Of a stretch of 64,000 nucleotides of DNA, positions 40,623 through 51,666 are shown piece after piece. Source of the stretch: an uncultured Thermococci archaeon (GTDB taxonomy: Archaea; Methanobacteriota_B; Thermococci; Methanofastidiosales; B48-G16); the NCBI GenBank assembly GCA_964595645.1, contig CAZQQT010000002.1, positions 128,001 through 192,000 on the forward strand, written 5' to 3'. Below the pieces are notes generated by a model that was not told where the DNA came from, made no database searches, and saw only the letters and a program-made list of their open reading frames with translations. The position numbers and the translations under genes were made by a program. The stretch's first letter is position 1, and every line of letters starts with the position of its first letter.

Positions 40623-43016
40623 TCATTTCCTCTCTTTCGGCAGCTCTACAACAAAAATACTTCCACCTTCAGGATTATCCTCTACCCATACATCGCCATC
40701 GTGTATTTCTACTATCTGTTTCACAATTGCTAATCCCAGCCCAGTCCCCTTAACATCGACATTTTTTCTCTCAAACCGCTCAAATATTGCTTCTTTTGCA
40801 TCATCCGAAATACCTTCTCCCCTGTCTTTCACTTGCACTCTCCATGAATCGTCGTTGTCTCCTATGGAAATTTCTATTTTGCTCTCTTCCGGAGAGTACT
40901 TTATCGCGTTATCGATGAGATTGAGGAATACATGGGAAAGCATGGGCGTTGCATCAATCGGACATTTTTTGCGGGTGTAATGAAGTGCAATGCTTTTGTT
41001 CTGCACCTTTTTCATGAGCTCTTTTACAACTGTTCCAATTATATCTCCAAGATCCTTCTCCTCAAAATTGCCCTCATATGATCTTTCTTGAAGTTTTGAG
41101 TATAAATCTGCTCTTTTTATTATTTCAAAGATTTTATCCATGCTTTTTTTCATTTTCCCCATGTACTTTTCATTTTCCCCATGGAGATCTTTTTCCATTA
41201 GTTCTGCGTAGCCTTTTATGGCAGTGAGTGGATTTTTGAGGTCGTGGCATAAAATAGAGATAAACAGCTGTCGGAGTTCGGATGCTTTCTTGATTCGTTT
41301 CACTAGTCTCGCATTCTCTATCGCTACAGCTGCCTGTGATGCCAACGTTTCTAACAGTTCTTCATCCTTTTTAGAGAAAGCGTTGATTTCTGTACTCTCA
41401 GCATCTATTACTCCCAAAATGTGGTTTCTCACGCGGAGAGGTACACAGAGTTCGGATCTTGAATTTTTCAATCCAAAGATATACCTTTCATCTTTTCTTA
41501 CATCCGGCACATTCAACGACTCGCCGGTTCGGGCAACGTATGCAGTGATTCCTTTTTCTCCACACACTGGAATTGTTGTATCCATCTCCGGTTCTTTCAA
41601 CCCACGACATTCTTTCAGATAAAGTTCTTCTTTTTCCTCTTTCACTAAGAATAAATCAATGTTACCAAAGTTCAGCACCTTTTCTGCCGTATCCAGAACA
41701 ATGGATGTAATATTATCGACATTTAGACTTAGACTCATCTCTTTTGAGAGGTTGTGGATTACAGAAAGCTTGTTTTCCATCTCTTTTTGTTGACGCACAT
41801 CTGTTGTGGCGGCTACTGTACCCATAAACTTTCCTTTGTCAAATAGTGGCGTGACAGAGACAATCACAGGAATTTTTTTCCCTACCTCCGTGAGCAAAAT
41901 GGTTTCGTATGACGAAGATCTTCCTTCTCTTCTCGTACCACTCTCTTTCGCCACATGATCCTGCTCTTCCTTGGCGATGATTTCTCTCCAGTGTTTTCCT
42001 ATAATTTCTCCCTGAGTGTACCCCAGCATTTCAGCGCCCTTTGGATTGATGTATGTACAGTATCCATCTTCATTTTCAACCCATATCCCCTCGTTCAACG
42101 AGTTTACAATCGTTTCGTGGAACTCCTTCAATGATTCGAGTTCTTCAAAATGTCTCGCATTCTCGATGGCAACCGCTGCCTGTGACGACAACGTCTCCAG
42201 CAACTGTTGATCTTCTTCTGAAAACGCATTAAGTTTTTCCGATTCAGCATCTATTACACCTATAACTTTCCCTTCTGCCTTTAAAGGGACAGAAAGTTCT
42301 GATTGTGCTTCTTCGGTACTTAAGAGATACCTTTCATCTTTTCTTACATCCGGCACATTCAACGACTCGCCGGTTCGGGCAACGTATGCAGTGATTCCTT
42401 TCTTATTATTTACAGGGATCCTCTCGTATATCTTCCGTTCTTCCCATCCTCGAGAGGCTACCAGATGTAATTCCTCTGTATCTTCATCAAGTAAAAACAG
42501 ATCAATATAATCAAAATTTAACACTTCGTCGGCAGCCTTCACCACGTATTCTGAGATTTTATCCAAGTCCCGCGTGAGTGTTATCTCCCGTGAAAGATCG
42601 TATATCGCCGAGAGTTTCTCTTCGAGTTCTTTCTGGTGTGTGATGTCTTTGAGCACACCGTAATACGCTACTACTTTTCCTTCCTTATCTTTTACGGCGA
42701 TACAGTCCTCCCGCACCGTGAATTCGCTTCCGTCTTTTCTGTACAGATTATATTCAAATTTTTTTAAGTATTCTTGTTCTTCTAGTATTTCCATAGCTTT
42801 TTTCCGGACTTCAGGAGTCACATAGAGGTCTGGAACATCCAATTGGAGAAATTCTTCTTTTTCAAATCCAAATAATTTTAATCCCGCTGGATTTATATCG
42901 ACTATTTTGCCGTCGGGCGTTGTAATATATGCAGCATCTGTTAGGGAGTCGAAAAGTTTTTTATATATCTCTCTCGACTGCTGCAATTTCTCTATCCTAT
43001 CTCCTGTTTCGCCCAT
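40623..43016 (-). CDS. Cytoplasmic PAS-GAF-PAS-GAF histidine kinase
   Basis: CHDLKNPL H-box, NLIDNAIKYS, DRGEGI, GTGLGL; no TM. Confidence 0.92.
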   Translation of the reverse strand: MGETGDRIEKLQQSREIYKKLFDSLTDAAYITTPDGKIVDINPAGLKLFGFEKEEFLQLDVPDLYVTPEVRKKAMEILEEQEYLKKFEYNLYRKDGSEFTVREDCIAVKDKEGKVVAYYGVLKDITHQKELEEKLSAIYDLSREITLTRDLDKISEYVVKAADEVLNFDYIDLFLLDEDTEELHLVASRGWEERKIYERIPVNNKKGITAYVARTGESLNVPDVRKDERYLLSTEEAQSELSVPLKAEGKVIGVIDAESEKLNAFSEEDQQLLETLSSQAAVAIENARHFEELESLKEFHETIVNSLNEGIWVENEDGYCTYINPKGAEMLGYTQGEIIGKHWREIIAKEEQDHVAKESGTRREGRSSSYETILLTEVGKKIPVIVSVTPLFDKGKFMGTVAATTDVRQQKEMENKLSVIHNLSKEMSLSLNVDNITSIVLDTAEKVLNFGNIDLFLVKEEKEELYLKECRGLKEPEMDTTIPVCGEKGITAYVARTGESLNVPDVRKDERYIFGLKNSRSELCVPLRVRNHILGVIDAESTEINAFSKKDEELLETLASQAAVAIENARLVKRIKKASELRQLFISILCHDLKNPLTAIKGYAELMEKDLHGENEKYMGKMKKSMDKIFEIIKRADLYSKLQERSYEGNFEEKDLGDIIGTVVKELMKKVQNKSIALHYTRKKCPIDATPMLSHVFLNLIDNAIKYSPEESKIEISIGDNDDSWRVQVKDRGEGISDDAKEAIFERFERKNVDVKGTGLGLAIVKQIVEIHDGDVWVEDNPEGGSIFVVELPKERK
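41481..42401. repeat. Perfect 75-bp direct repeat (41481-41555 and 42327-42401) in the two GAF domains
   Basis: Identical nucleotides encoding KGITAYVARTGESLNVPDVRKDERY. Confidence 0.9.
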
Positions 43017-43278
43017 TAGAGTCCTCTCCTAACCATCGTATTTCTTAATATAAAAAACTTTTTAAATCTTTTTTAACTTTCTTTTAGTTGGGAATATAGA
43101 GATAGCAACAAGTTGAAGTGTTTGGAGGACGTTTGAGGCTTATCGACTTTTTTTTATAGATGAATACATCATATATTAGATTAGAAGAGAGCTACGCCTT
43201 CATGGCAGGTTCTTTATGGATGTAAAAGAGCCAAAACTATTTAAGGGGTTTACTATAGTATCTATACAGGTGATAGAG

Positions 43279-45132
43279 ATGAGAATATTGCTGATACACA
43301 GCGACTATATTGAATATGAAGCGAAAAAAAAGCTTGATTTTGCTGAAGAGATCTCGAAAGAGGAAAAAAAGGATAGAATGGAAGAATGTTTGGTAGTTTT
43401 TACTTCCGTAGAAAAAAAAGATGAGGGCAAAATAGAAAATGTCGTTGAAAAAACGTGTAAAGAGATAAAAAAGACAGCAAAGTTAGTGAATACAGAAAAT
43501 GTGATGATATACCCATATGTTCACCTTTCATCCACACCTGCATCACCCAAAATTGCCGATAACACAGTCAATAAAATATACAGCAAATTACAGTCGGATC
43601 TGCATGTGAAGAAATCTCCCTTTGGATACTACAAGGCGTTCAAACTTTCCTGCAAGGGCCATCCCCTTTCAGAACTTTCCCGAGAAATTGCAGGGGAAGA
43701 AGAGGAAGAAGAGGTATCTGAGGCATTGAAAGGAGAGGAGGAGATAGAGTCCTCCTGGCATATCCTCACAAAGGAGGGAGAGTTGATCCCTGTGGATCAG
43801 TACGATTTTTCTGGGCAGAAGAATCTGAAGAAGTTCGTGAACTATGAGATCGAGAAACGGAGAGTTGCAGAAAAAGAGCCACCTCATGTGGATCTCATGC
43901 AGCGGCTTGAATTAGTCGATTATGAGCCTGGAAGCGATCCAGGAAATTTACGGTACTACCCTAAAGGAAGATTAATTAAAGGGCTATTGGAGGATTGGGT
44001 CAATGAAAATGTTGCAGAGTATGGAGGGATGGAGATAGAGGCTCCGATTATGTATGATTTTGAACATCCTTCATTGAAGTCGTATCTCCATCGGTTCCCG
44101 GCACGACAATATGTAATTAACACCCCAAATAAGCGTGTATTTCTCCGTTTCGCTGCGTGTTTCGGCCAGTTCTTGATGGCACACGATGCAACAATAAGCT
44201 ATAGGAACCTCCCTCTGCGGCTCTACGAGCTGACAAGGTACAGTTTCAGAGTGGAACAGCGGGGAGAGCTCACCGGTCTCAGACGACTGCGGGCTTTCAC
44301 CATGCCCGATTGTCACGCCTTCGTTGAGGATATCGATCAGGCAAAGAAAGAGATGATGGTCCGATTTAACCTGGCGAGAAAGATCCAAGAGGGTGTAGGC
44401 TTAGAAATACCAGAAGATTTAGAGCTTGCCCTTCGTGTCACCAAGGATTTCTGGGAGGAACACAATGACTTCGTCGTTGAAATGGTCCAGGATTGGGGCA
44501 AACCAGCCTTATTAGAGATGTGGGACGAACGAATTTTCTACTTCATCTTCAAGTACGAGTGGAACTACGTGGATAACCTGAATAAAGCCTCTGCGTTGAC
44601 TACGGACCAGATAGATATTGAAAACGGTGAACGGTATGATATCAGGTTCACTGATAAAAATGGAGAGGAGAACCACCCTATAGTGTTGCATCTCTCGCCC
44701 TCGGGTGCGATAGAGCGGGTGATGTATGCACTTCTGGAAAAAGCGTATAAGGACTCACAACAGGGAACAAAACCCTCTCTACCGTTGTGGCTCTCACCAA
44801 CTCAAATGAGGTTTGTTCCTGTGTCTGAGAACCACTTGGACTACATAAAGGAACTCGATGTAGAAGGAGTACGGTACGACATCGATGATAGGGATGAGAC
44901 GCTTGGAAAGAAGATTAGAGCTGCGGAAAAAGAGTGGGTACCGTATATTGTTGTAGTAGGAGATAAAGAGATCGAGAGTAACACTCTTTCAGTACGAGTA
45001 CGAAATGGTGAGGACAGGGAAATGAAACTGAACGATCTTCTTGAAGAGATCAGGAAAAAGATCGCTGGAAAGCCCTTCAAAAAGCTCCCACTGCCCAAAA
45101 AGCTATCAAAACGACCCATATTCAGGGGATAA
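43279..45132 (+). CDS. thrS: Threonyl-tRNA synthetase, archaeal type
   Basis: MRILLIHSD start after a GGTGA SD; editing domain [18 protein letters not shown]; [10 protein letters not shown]; [11 protein letters not shown]. Confidence 0.97.
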   Translation: MRILLIHSDYIEYEAKKKLDFAEEISKEEKKDRMEECLVVFTSVEKKDEGKIENVVEKTCKEIKKTAKLVNTENVMIYPYVHLSSTPASPKIADNTVNKIYSKLQSDLHVKKSPFGYYKAFKLSCKGHPLSELSREIAGEEEEEEVSEALKGEEEIESSWHILTKEGELIPVDQYDFSGQKNLKKFVNYEIEKRRVAEKEPPHVDLMQRLELVDYEPGSDPGNLRYYPKGRLIKGLLEDWVNENVAEYGGMEIEAPIMYDFEHPSLKSYLHRFPARQYVINTPNKRVFLRFAACFGQFLMAHDATISYRNLPLRLYELTRYSFRVEQRGELTGLRRLRAFTMPDCHAFVEDIDQAKKEMMVRFNLARKIQEGVGLEIPEDLELALRVTKDFWEEHNDFVVEMVQDWGKPALLEMWDERIFYFIFKYEWNYVDNLNKASALTTDQIDIENGERYDIRFTDKNGEENHPIVLHLSPSGAIERVMYALLEKAYKDSQQGTKPSLPLWLSPTQMRFVPVSENHLDYIKELDVEGVRYDIDDRDETLGKKIRAAEKEWVPYIVVVGDKEIESNTLSVRVRNGEDREMKLNDLLEEIRKKIAGKPFKKLPLPKKLSKRPIFRG

Positions 45133-45133
45133 C

Positions 45134-46012
45134 ATGTATGAGGAATATAGAGAAGCAGGAGAGATTGTAAAAGCTGTGAAAAAAGAAGTTAAACCACTTT
45201 TAAAAGAAGGAAAACAAGTTCTAGAAATTGCAGAGTCTGTTGAGGACAAAATACATGCCATGGGTGGAGAGATAGCTTTCCCATGTAACATCTCCATCAA
45301 TGAGGTCGCTGCCCACTACTCACCTCCCATTTACGATGAGACGATACTCCACGTTGGTGATTATGTGAAGGTAGATATTGGAGCTCATGTGGATGGATAT
45401 ATCGCGGATTCTGCTTTTACCGTAAAAATAGGTGAGAAAAAAGATGAACTGATCATGGCGGCAGAAAAGGCGCTAGAAAACGCGATTTCCATGGTAAAGG
45501 CGGGAACGGAAACATCGGCGATCGGTGCGACTATTGAGGAGACCATAGAGCGTTATGGTTATAAACCTATCAAAAACCTGAATGGCCACAAACTCGCGCA
45601 GCATGATCTCCACGCTGGAGTAATAATCCCAAATATCGCGACAGAGGAAAGCTATACATTACAGGAGGGCGAGGTTTTTGCCATTGAACCGTTCTCCACG
45701 GATGGTGCAGGAAGGGTAACAGACGGAAAACAAGTCTTTATATTCCGGTATCTTGGAGATAGACCAATACGTCTGAGTCTCGCTCGGAGGACGCTTGCTG
45801 AGATCAAGAAGAACTACCCTACTCTCCCCTTTGCCGAGCGGTGGCTCTCAAAAAAGATCCGTGGAAGAAAGTTAGATTTTGCGTTAAAAACATTGATGAA
45901 GAAAGGGATTATCCACAATTACAATGTTCTTCAGGATGAAGATAACGGTGTCGTGGCTCAGGCGGAACATACGGTGATCGTGAAGGAAGATGGATGCGAG
46001 ATCACCACGTGA
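45134..46012 (+). CDS. map: Methionine aminopeptidase type II
   Basis: AFPCNISINEVAAHY, DIGAHVDGYIADSA, AIEPF, AQAEHT. Confidence 0.96.
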   Translation: MYEEYREAGEIVKAVKKEVKPLLKEGKQVLEIAESVEDKIHAMGGEIAFPCNISINEVAAHYSPPIYDETILHVGDYVKVDIGAHVDGYIADSAFTVKIGEKKDELIMAAEKALENAISMVKAGTETSAIGATIEETIERYGYKPIKNLNGHKLAQHDLHAGVIIPNIATEESYTLQEGEVFAIEPFSTDGAGRVTDGKQVFIFRYLGDRPIRLSLARRTLAEIKKNYPTLPFAERWLSKKIRGRKLDFALKTLMKKGIIHNYNVLQDEDNGVVAQAEHTVIVKEDGCEITT

Positions 46013-46144
46013 TCTTTTCAAGCAAAAATATGCATACTTAAAGATAGAGGATTCCGTAGAAACACCCTGAAAATCACCTGTGATCTTCCCTATATAACAG
46101 AAAACTTTAAATATAAGGAGTTCGAAACCTGTATAGGTGATAAT

Positions 46145-46348
46145 ATGATATTAGCGAAAGCTCCAGTGGACAAGATGATAAGGAAGGCTGGTGCCGAAAG
46201 GGTAAGTGAAGATGCTGTAGTGACGATGGCCGAGAACTTGGAAAATTTTGGCGTTGAGGTGGCACAGGAAGCCATTGAACTTGCTGACCACGCTGGAAGA
46301 AAAACAGTACGAGCCGAAGATATCAGACTTGCCCTTGAAAGAATGTAA
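46145..46348 (+). CDS. Archaeal histone
   Basis: APVDKMIRKAGAERVS...A.HAGRKTVRAEDIRLA histone fold. Confidence 0.95.
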   Translation: MILAKAPVDKMIRKAGAERVSEDAVVTMAENLENFGVEVAQEAIELADHAGRKTVRAEDIRLALERM

Positions 46349-46459
46349 TTTTCTTTTCTTTTTTTATTTTTTTAGATACGTTCATCATTTCTTTTATGTT
46401 CTTTGGATTCTCATCCGTAACTCCCATAACTTTTAATAGATAAAAGAGAAGGAGATACC

Positions 46460-47473
46460 ATGGAAAAACGATATGCTGTGTTCTTTTTCGTAGCAATTAT
46501 TCTACTCAATTTCTTAATATTTTATAAGATTTTCACGTCTGTTGCCTATGCGCTTGTCGTTGCGTACTTTCTCCTTCCACTTAACGATTTTTTTGAGAGA
46601 ATAGTAAAAAACAGAGGAACAGCCTCCTTTATTACAGTGTTGGTGATACTTGTTCCTGTGGTGGTGATTCTCTTCACCACATTCAACACAGTGGTGAGCG
46701 ACGTACTTACGATTTTGCGAAAACCCGAACTCTTTGTGGATCGTATATCAGCTTTCGAAAGTTATTTAATGAATTACGGAATAGAAATATCCTTTTCTTC
46801 CGAAATTAGTAGATTTATTAAAGAAATCGCGGGTTCCATTAATATAAAAACAACATTTGATCTTCTCAAAGATATTTCCTATGTGACTATTGATTTTCTA
46901 CTGTTCTTATTTTCAGCGTTTTACCTACTGAAGGATGGCAGAAAGCTGAAAAAAGCAATTGATACGTTCATTCCAGTGGAAATAAAGGGGGGCTATCATA
47001 AATTAACTCATGAGTTAGATAATGCTCTACAAGGTCTTTTTTATGGCTACGTTCTTACAGCTGCAATCATGGGCGTAGTAGGTGGCATGATATTCTATAT
47101 ACTGGGGACGAGTTTTGATGTCTCCTATCTTGTGAACTACTCAGTACTCCTTGGGTTCTTGATATTTCTATTTGGACTCCTTCCTATCCTTGGCGCACCG
47201 ATGATTTACGGTCCTATCGTGCTGGTGGAACTCTTTACCCGTCCTCTGCTCGCACTCATTATCCTTATTTTGGGGTTGATTGTGCTCACGTACCTTCCCG
47301 CCTTTGTGCTTACACCCTACATCGCCGAAAAGAAGAGTGAAATCCACCCACTGATCATCCTGTTTGGCTTCGTTGCAGGTCCTATCGCCTTCGGGCCTTC
47401 TGGATTTGTGTTGGGACCGGTATTGTTATGTTCATTAGTTGCGTTATACAGGGTGAAAACAAATGAAAACTAA
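46460..47473 (+). CDS. AI-2E/PerM family permease
   Basis: Multi-TM; YLLKDG, LPILG, IHPL...G...FGPSG..LGP. Confidence 0.85.
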   Translation: MEKRYAVFFFVAIILLNFLIFYKIFTSVAYALVVAYFLLPLNDFFERIVKNRGTASFITVLVILVPVVVILFTTFNTVVSDVLTILRKPELFVDRISAFESYLMNYGIEISFSSEISRFIKEIAGSINIKTTFDLLKDISYVTIDFLLFLFSAFYLLKDGRKLKKAIDTFIPVEIKGGYHKLTHELDNALQGLFYGYVLTAAIMGVVGGMIFYILGTSFDVSYLVNYSVLLGFLIFLFGLLPILGAPMIYGPIVLVELFTRPLLALIILILGLIVLTYLPAFVLTPYIAEKKSEIHPLIILFGFVAGPIAFGPSGFVLGPVLLCSLVALYRVKTNEN

Positions 47474-48803
47474 AATAATGGATACAAACTCTATGTATTA
47501 TGGATTGGAACCGAGATTACTGATGGAAAATGCAGGACACGGACTTGCCTCTGTGATTGAATCCACCTTTGGAAAAAATAACGAAATAGCTGTGTTCTGC
47601 GGCCTGGGAAACAACGGCGGAGATGGGTTTGTTGCAGCCCGATTCCTTTCTAAAGAAAATACGGTCGATCTTTTTTTAGTTGGCGATGAAAAAGAGATAA
47701 AAACGAAAATAGCCAGAGAAAACTGGAAACTTCTGGATTTCAGCTCGTGCAGCACACATAACTTCGATTTTCAAGATATTAAGTGTGATATTGTGGTGGA
47801 TGCGCTTCTCGGTGTAGGAATCATGGGTAAATTGAGAGAGCCGATACGCAGTGTCGTGGAATATATCAACGGCCTAGGGGAGAAAGGGGCCAAAATAGTG
47901 AGTGTCGATCTTCCCACAGGTCACGGCACGTCTCTCTCTGTGAATGCAGATCTCACCGTGTCCATGCAGGAGAAGAAAACGGAGAACGCTCTCGTCGTTG
48001 ATTTAGGAATCCCAGAGAGGATAAAGCACCTCACAGGACCAGGTGATGCAAAATATCTTAAAAGAAGAAAAAAAGATTCTCATAAAGGGGATAACGGGCG
48101 CGTTCTTGTGGTGGGGGGAAGTGAACGGTACCACGGTGCACCGATCTACACAGCTGCAGCAGCGAGTACTCTTGTGGATTTAGTCTACGTCGCCAGTCCT
48201 GCTGCGAATGTGATTAAGCACTACTCACCAGATTTCATCGTCACAGAAGATATTCTTGAGTACACGTATGACTCTTCGGTGATCGGTGTAGGCATGGGCA
48301 TGAGAGAGGATGCACTGAATATCATGGAGAGCCTCGAGAGAAAGGTAATCGATGCCGACGGCCTTAAAATGCTGGCAGAGAACCTCGATCTCGCCGAGGG
48401 CTCTATTCTTACTCCCCATCGAGGAGAGTTTGCACGTCTTTTCGGTGAACTTCCTGACACGTTAGAGGCGAGAATTGAGAGGGTGAGGGAGATGGCCGCA
48501 GCCTATGACTGCACGATACTCTTAAAAGGAAAGGTGGACATCATCGCCGATACGGATCGGTACAAACTGAACTACACGGGAAACGAGGGAATGACTACAG
48601 GGGGCACAGGTGATCTGCTGGCCGGGCTGGCAGCTGGATTCTTCAGTCAGAACGAGGCGTTCCAGTCGGCATGTGCCGCATCATTTGTCAACGGCTATGC
48701 AGGTGATCTCGTCTACGCTGATAGAGGCGTGTTCTACACTGCATCTGATGTACTGTACCGGATTCCTGAAGCACTTGTGTTCTGCAACACATTTGGCGAG
48801 TGA
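47463..48803 (+). CDS. nnr: Bifunctional NAD(P)HX epimerase/dehydratase
   Basis: LMENAG, GNNGGDG, DALLG; HKGDNG, DADGL, TPHRGEF, GGTGDLLAG. Confidence 0.92.
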   Translation: MKTKIMDTNSMYYGLEPRLLMENAGHGLASVIESTFGKNNEIAVFCGLGNNGGDGFVAARFLSKENTVDLFLVGDEKEIKTKIARENWKLLDFSSCSTHNFDFQDIKCDIVVDALLGVGIMGKLREPIRSVVEYINGLGEKGAKIVSVDLPTGHGTSLSVNADLTVSMQEKKTENALVVDLGIPERIKHLTGPGDAKYLKRRKKDSHKGDNGRVLVVGGSERYHGAPIYTAAAASTLVDLVYVASPAANVIKHYSPDFIVTEDILEYTYDSSVIGVGMGMREDALNIMESLERKVIDADGLKMLAENLDLAEGSILTPHRGEFARLFGELPDTLEARIERVREMAAAYDCTILLKGKVDIIADTDRYKLNYTGNEGMTTGGTGDLLAGLAAGFFSQNEAFQSACAASFVNGYAGDLVYADRGVFYTASDVLYRIPEALVFCNTFGE

Positions 48804-48804
48804 G

Positions 48805-49380
48805 ATGTACGAACGAAAGGATCACTACTACCGAAAGGCACGAAAAGAAGGGTATAGATCCCGCGCCGCGTACAAATTAAAAGATATTAACAGAAAATTT
48901 CATATCATTAGTTGGGGAGACTCCGTATTAGATCTCGGCTCACGACCCGGCGGTTGGCTGCAAGTCGCGCGGGAGATCGTTGGGAAGGAGGGGTATGTGA
49001 TGGGTATTGATAGAAGGAGGATTCCATCGCTGGACTATGAGAATGTGGACACGGTACAACAGGATATCGAGGAGTTCTGCACGGATCGGCGATTTAATGT
49101 TGTGCTTTCCGATATGGCACCGAAAACAATAGGAAAGAAGGATGTGGATCAGTACCGATCCTACCAGCTGGCCCAAAAGGCAGCTGAGACAGCAGAAAAA
49201 ACATTGAAGGAAAACGGCAACTTTGTGACGAAGATCTTCCAGAGTGAACATGTGAAAGGATTTTCAATGGATCTTCGAAAAAAATTTGATCATGTGAAAC
49301 CTTATACCCCCAAGGCAACGAGAAAGCGGAGTTATGAGACGTATATAGTGTGCAAAGGCTTTAAAACTCCCTTCCAATAA
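48805..49380 (+). CDS. rlmE: 23S rRNA Um2552 methyltransferase
   Basis: GYRSRAAYKL, DLG.RPGGW, SDMAP, K and E catalytic residues; start MYERKD at 48805. Confidence 0.92.
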   Translation: MYERKDHYYRKARKEGYRSRAAYKLKDINRKFHIISWGDSVLDLGSRPGGWLQVAREIVGKEGYVMGIDRRRIPSLDYENVDTVQQDIEEFCTDRRFNVVLSDMAPKTIGKKDVDQYRSYQLAQKAAETAEKTLKENGNFVTKIFQSEHVKGFSMDLRKKFDHVKPYTPKATRKRSYETYIVCKGFKTPFQ

Positions 49381-50470
49381 CGAAATCTGCGAGTTTCTCA
49401 AAGAAAGCTCTGCTTTCCTCATTTAGTTCATCATTAATACTTTCTTTCGCTCTTTCTACCAGTTCTTTTTCCCTCTTTTTACAGTAATCATACGCTCCAC
49501 TCGCTTTGATAATCTCTCTTAATTCGTTGATTTCATTTCTCGTGGCAGATCTGTTTCCAAATACTTTTTCAAACTTCTCTTTTTCTCTATTTTCTATATA
49601 TTCTCGCGTTTTTATCGCGAGGAGTGTATTTTTTCCAGATTTTATGTCCGAATCACTCGGTTTCCCTGTGTCTTTGCTCTTTCCAAAGGTTCCAAGCATG
49701 TCATCGTGTATCTGGAAGGCACGCGCCATATTGAGTGAGTACTCATCCATGGATGTATAGTTCTCAGTGTCACCAAAAATCAATCCTATCCGTATTGGGT
49801 ACACAAAGAGAATTCCCGTTTTTTTGTCTATCATCTCTAGATATCGTTCCTCACTCACTGTTCTTTTTTCCATCAAGATATCTAGGAGCTGTCCCTCGTT
49901 GAGTTTAAGATACATTTCTCTGTGCTGTTGCAATGCCTTCATTCTCAACTCACTCGGAAAATACGAGTTTAACACCTCCTCACTGAGTTCATATAGAACA
50001 TTGGAGGCGAGCACTGATAGTGCATAGGAGAATCTGGAGATGTTTCGTTGCATTTCTATAACTTCTAGAATAGAATCTTTTTTTATCCATTTTTTTCCAT
50101 CTTTGTATTCTTTAAACTTGAATCCTGCTGATTTTACAAATTTATCTGCATAAATTGAGTTAAATGTCTTTTTTCCGCGTCTCACAACATCTTCATCCAT
50201 TGCATCGTCAAGGATGAGAGATGCATTGTGCACGAGTTCGCAGGATACGGAAGCTTCAATAATATCTTCATTAAACTCATTTTTCATTCCGTAAAAGGCA
50301 AATACCATGCTTAAAGGTCTTAATTTTTTTCCCGCTCCCGTCACTTTCTTGATATCACCGTAAAATTCTTTCAGGATGAGATTTTCGTATTTTTCAATTC
50401 TTCTGTCCAGAATATCTTCCAGGTAACTACCTATTTTGTCTATAAGGTCTGAATGTTTATCTAAAAACAT
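49361..50470 (-). CDS. Polyprenyl diphosphate synthase
   Basis: GKKLRP, LILDDAMD...RRG, GQLLD, KT, FQIHDD, GKP..DI..GK. Confidence 0.88.
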   Translation of the reverse strand: MFLDKHSDLIDKIGSYLEDILDRRIEKYENLILKEFYGDIKKVTGAGKKLRPLSMVFAFYGMKNEFNEDIIEASVSCELVHNASLILDDAMDEDVVRRGKKTFNSIYADKFVKSAGFKFKEYKDGKKWIKKDSILEVIEMQRNISRFSYALSVLASNVLYELSEEVLNSYFPSELRMKALQQHREMYLKLNEGQLLDILMEKRTVSEERYLEMIDKKTGILFVYPIRIGLIFGDTENYTSMDEYSLNMARAFQIHDDMLGTFGKSKDTGKPSDSDIKSGKNTLLAIKTREYIENREKEKFEKVFGNRSATRNEINELREIIKASGAYDYCKKREKELVERAKESINDELNEESRAFFEKLADFVIGREF

Positions 50471-50478
50471 AAAAACAC

Positions 50479-51225
50479 CTAATATATAAATATCTCAGAT
50501 TTTAATGTTTTTATTAGATTTACAGCAGAGAGTGCCGCAAGCATTGAGGTTCTTTTGTTTTCGGAGGGAAGGTTATTGAATAAAAGGTTCATTTTTCCAA
50601 ACTCCCCCTCAGCGTAGATCTCATGAATATTCGTATCTACAGATGGATCGGCGATGATGCGGACCTCCGCTTCTCTTTCGGCGGCAAGACTCACAGCAGC
50701 AGAGACATTTACATTTTTTGGATACTCTTTTACAGCATCTGAGGCAGTACCTTCAAACAATACTTTTTCTTTCATCACCTTCACTCCCAATGACTCCGGA
50801 TTTTTGCGGGTAGTGAGCACCACCTTCTTCACCTCGACTAAGGATGCCGCTCTGAGTGCATCTAATCCTCCTACTGCACCATGAGGGATATAAATTCTAC
50901 AGTTGTTGGTGGATGCGACTTTTTTTACTTCATCGAGGAATGCAGAGTCTGTAAGAGCACCAACGCTCATTACCATGACGTCCATTCCGTTTTTCAGGAT
51001 CTTTGGAACTAACTCTCTCACCGCATCTCCTGAGGCGGACTCAACAACCAGATCGAGATCCATCTCCACGAGCTCCTCAAAGGAACAGGCAATATCTTCA
51101 CCAATAATATCACTTGTTACTTTCATTCTCTCAGGGTTCCTATCGTAACACGCTTTTACCTCGTTTTTAAAATGCGTAGTGATGAGAGTCCCGATATATC
51201 CGCATCCTATTATACCAATCCGCAT
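50479..51225 (-). CDS. nadX: L-aspartate dehydrogenase
   Basis: GCGYIG, VESAS, SVGAL, GA.GGLD, P.NVNV, N.HEI, PS.N.RTS. Confidence 0.9.
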   Translation of the reverse strand: MRIGIIGCGYIGTLITTHFKNEVKACYDRNPERMKVTSDIIGEDIACSFEELVEMDLDLVVESASGDAVRELVPKILKNGMDVMVMSVGALTDSAFLDEVKKVASTNNCRIYIPHGAVGGLDALRAASLVEVKKVVLTTRKNPESLGVKVMKEKVLFEGTASDAVKEYPKNVNVSAAVSLAAEREAEVRIIADPSVDTNIHEIYAEGEFGKMNLLFNNLPSENKRTSMLAALSAVNLIKTLKSEIFIY

Positions 51226-51324
51226 TACACGTACTGACTCGAGCCGATATTTAAAGCTTACGTAAAAAGAACGGACTGGAAAAAGAGTGAAAAGATTTAT
51301 ATTATTTCGCTGTGAGTTTCTACC

Positions 51325-51657
51325 ATGATGCCCAATATGAACTCAAAGCAGATGAAAAAACTGATGAAAAAAGCTGGGATTAAAATGAAGGAGCTCCCGG
51401 TGAAAAAGATCACTTTTGAGTTTGACGAGAAAGAGTGGGAGTTCACCGATGTACAGGTCACGCAGATGACGATGGGAGGCCAGAAGACATTTCAAGTTAC
51501 AGGGGACTACATGGAGAAGAAAAAAGGCTTCCCAGAAGAAGACGTGAAAATGGTGGCAGAGAAGGCAGGAGTAAGTATGGAAAACGCAGAAAACGCCTTG
51601 AGAGACACGGACGGAGACATTGCAGAGGCTATAATGAATCTCAGTAAGAACGAATGA
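51325..51657 (+). CDS. nac: Nascent polypeptide-associated complex protein
   Basis: KQMKKLMKKAGI, FQVTG, UBA-like EDVKMV...GDIAEAI. Confidence 0.9.
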   Translation: MMPNMNSKQMKKLMKKAGIKMKELPVKKITFEFDEKEWEFTDVQVTQMTMGGQKTFQVTGDYMEKKKGFPEEDVKMVAEKAGVSMENAENALRDTDGDIAEAIMNLSKNE

Positions 51658-51666
51658 AGATTAAGA

